64,000 nucleotides of DNA, taken from positions 992,001-1,056,000 of the forward strand of contig JAWMAR010000013.1 of the NCBI GenBank assembly GCA_036785375.1, written 5' to 3'. How positions within the stretch are numbered: position 1 is the first letter of the stretch; each line of letters opens with the position of its first letter. This document shows, piece after piece, positions 63,732 to 64,000 of the stretch. Made by a program: the position numbers and the translations under genes. The notes below the pieces were generated by a model. It was not told the DNA's origin. It worked only from the letters and a program-made list of their open reading frames with translations, and did no database searches. Source of the stretch: Leucoraja ocellata (lineage: Eukaryota).

Positions 63732-63775
63732 CTGGTCATGAGAGAAAGCTTCAGAACGTTGTTGAGTGTGGAAAC
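63732..63775 (-). CDS. DDX31: DDX31 coding exon (VSTLNNVLKLSLMT[S])
   Basis: ttattcag acceptor, gtaagc donor, 44 nt; matches the segment preceding the Q-motif in DDX31; phase fits the next exon. Confidence 0.9.
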
Positions 63776-63880
63776 CTGAATAATAAGACAGAAAAAAGTG
63801 CCTTTGACCAAAGAGTGTTGGAAAGGAACCTGTAAATTATCCTCCATTGCTGTATTTATAAACATTATACAAACTAATTA

Positions 63881-64000
63881 GGGTCTGAAGAAGAGCCTCG
63901 ACCCGAAACGTCGCCTATTTCCTTCGCTCCACAGATGCTGCCTCACCCGCTGAGTTTCTCCAGCATTTTTGTCTACCTTTGATTTTCCAGCATCTGCAGT
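63881..64000 (+). mobile_element. Penelope-like element end with hammerhead core (stem II mutated)
   Basis: CTGAAGAAGAGCCTCGACCCGAAACGTCGCCTATTTCC; runs off the window edge. Confidence 0.8.

Noticed and set aside
63382-63741. 119-aa plus-strand ORF
   Set aside because: Antisense to a DDX31 intron/exon with no homology; chance ORF

Overview
Vertebrate, AT-rich, repeat-laden genomic DNA. The repeat complement (HE1-like tRNA/V-SINEs, HER1/CR1 LINE 3' ends, Penelope 'CTGAAGAAGGG..CCGAAACGTC' ends) points to a cartilaginous fish, probably a skate or ray (inference). Nearly the whole window lies inside one minus-strand spliced gene, the DEAD-box RNA helicase DDX31 (Dbp7 family). I reconstructed 16 consecutive phase-compatible GT-AG coding exons (63775 down to 9691) covering the Q-motif, motifs I-VI and the C-terminal extension. 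The 5' exons lie beyond the right edge and the terminal exon is unresolved. Introns hold CR1, L2, Rex1, Penelope, SINE, Tc1/pogo-type and hAT-like remnants. Most notable: (1) a 137-nt TSD-flanked retroelement (363-499, minus) whose 5' end is a compact CPEB3/HDV-like ribozyme fold starting exactly at the predicted cleavage G; (2) Penelope-associated minimal hammerhead cores and short fold-back Penelope insertions with 12-16 bp TSDs; (3) GC-rich non-autonomous elements sharing a covarying 3' hairpin; (4) a CGGBP/DUF659-type hAT-like transposase relic; (5) abruptly enlarged 3' introns with candidate conserved enhancers, possibly serving neighbouring BARHL1. Most ORF-track entries are spurious. 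Repeat boundaries are approximate and family names come from motif recognition, not database search.
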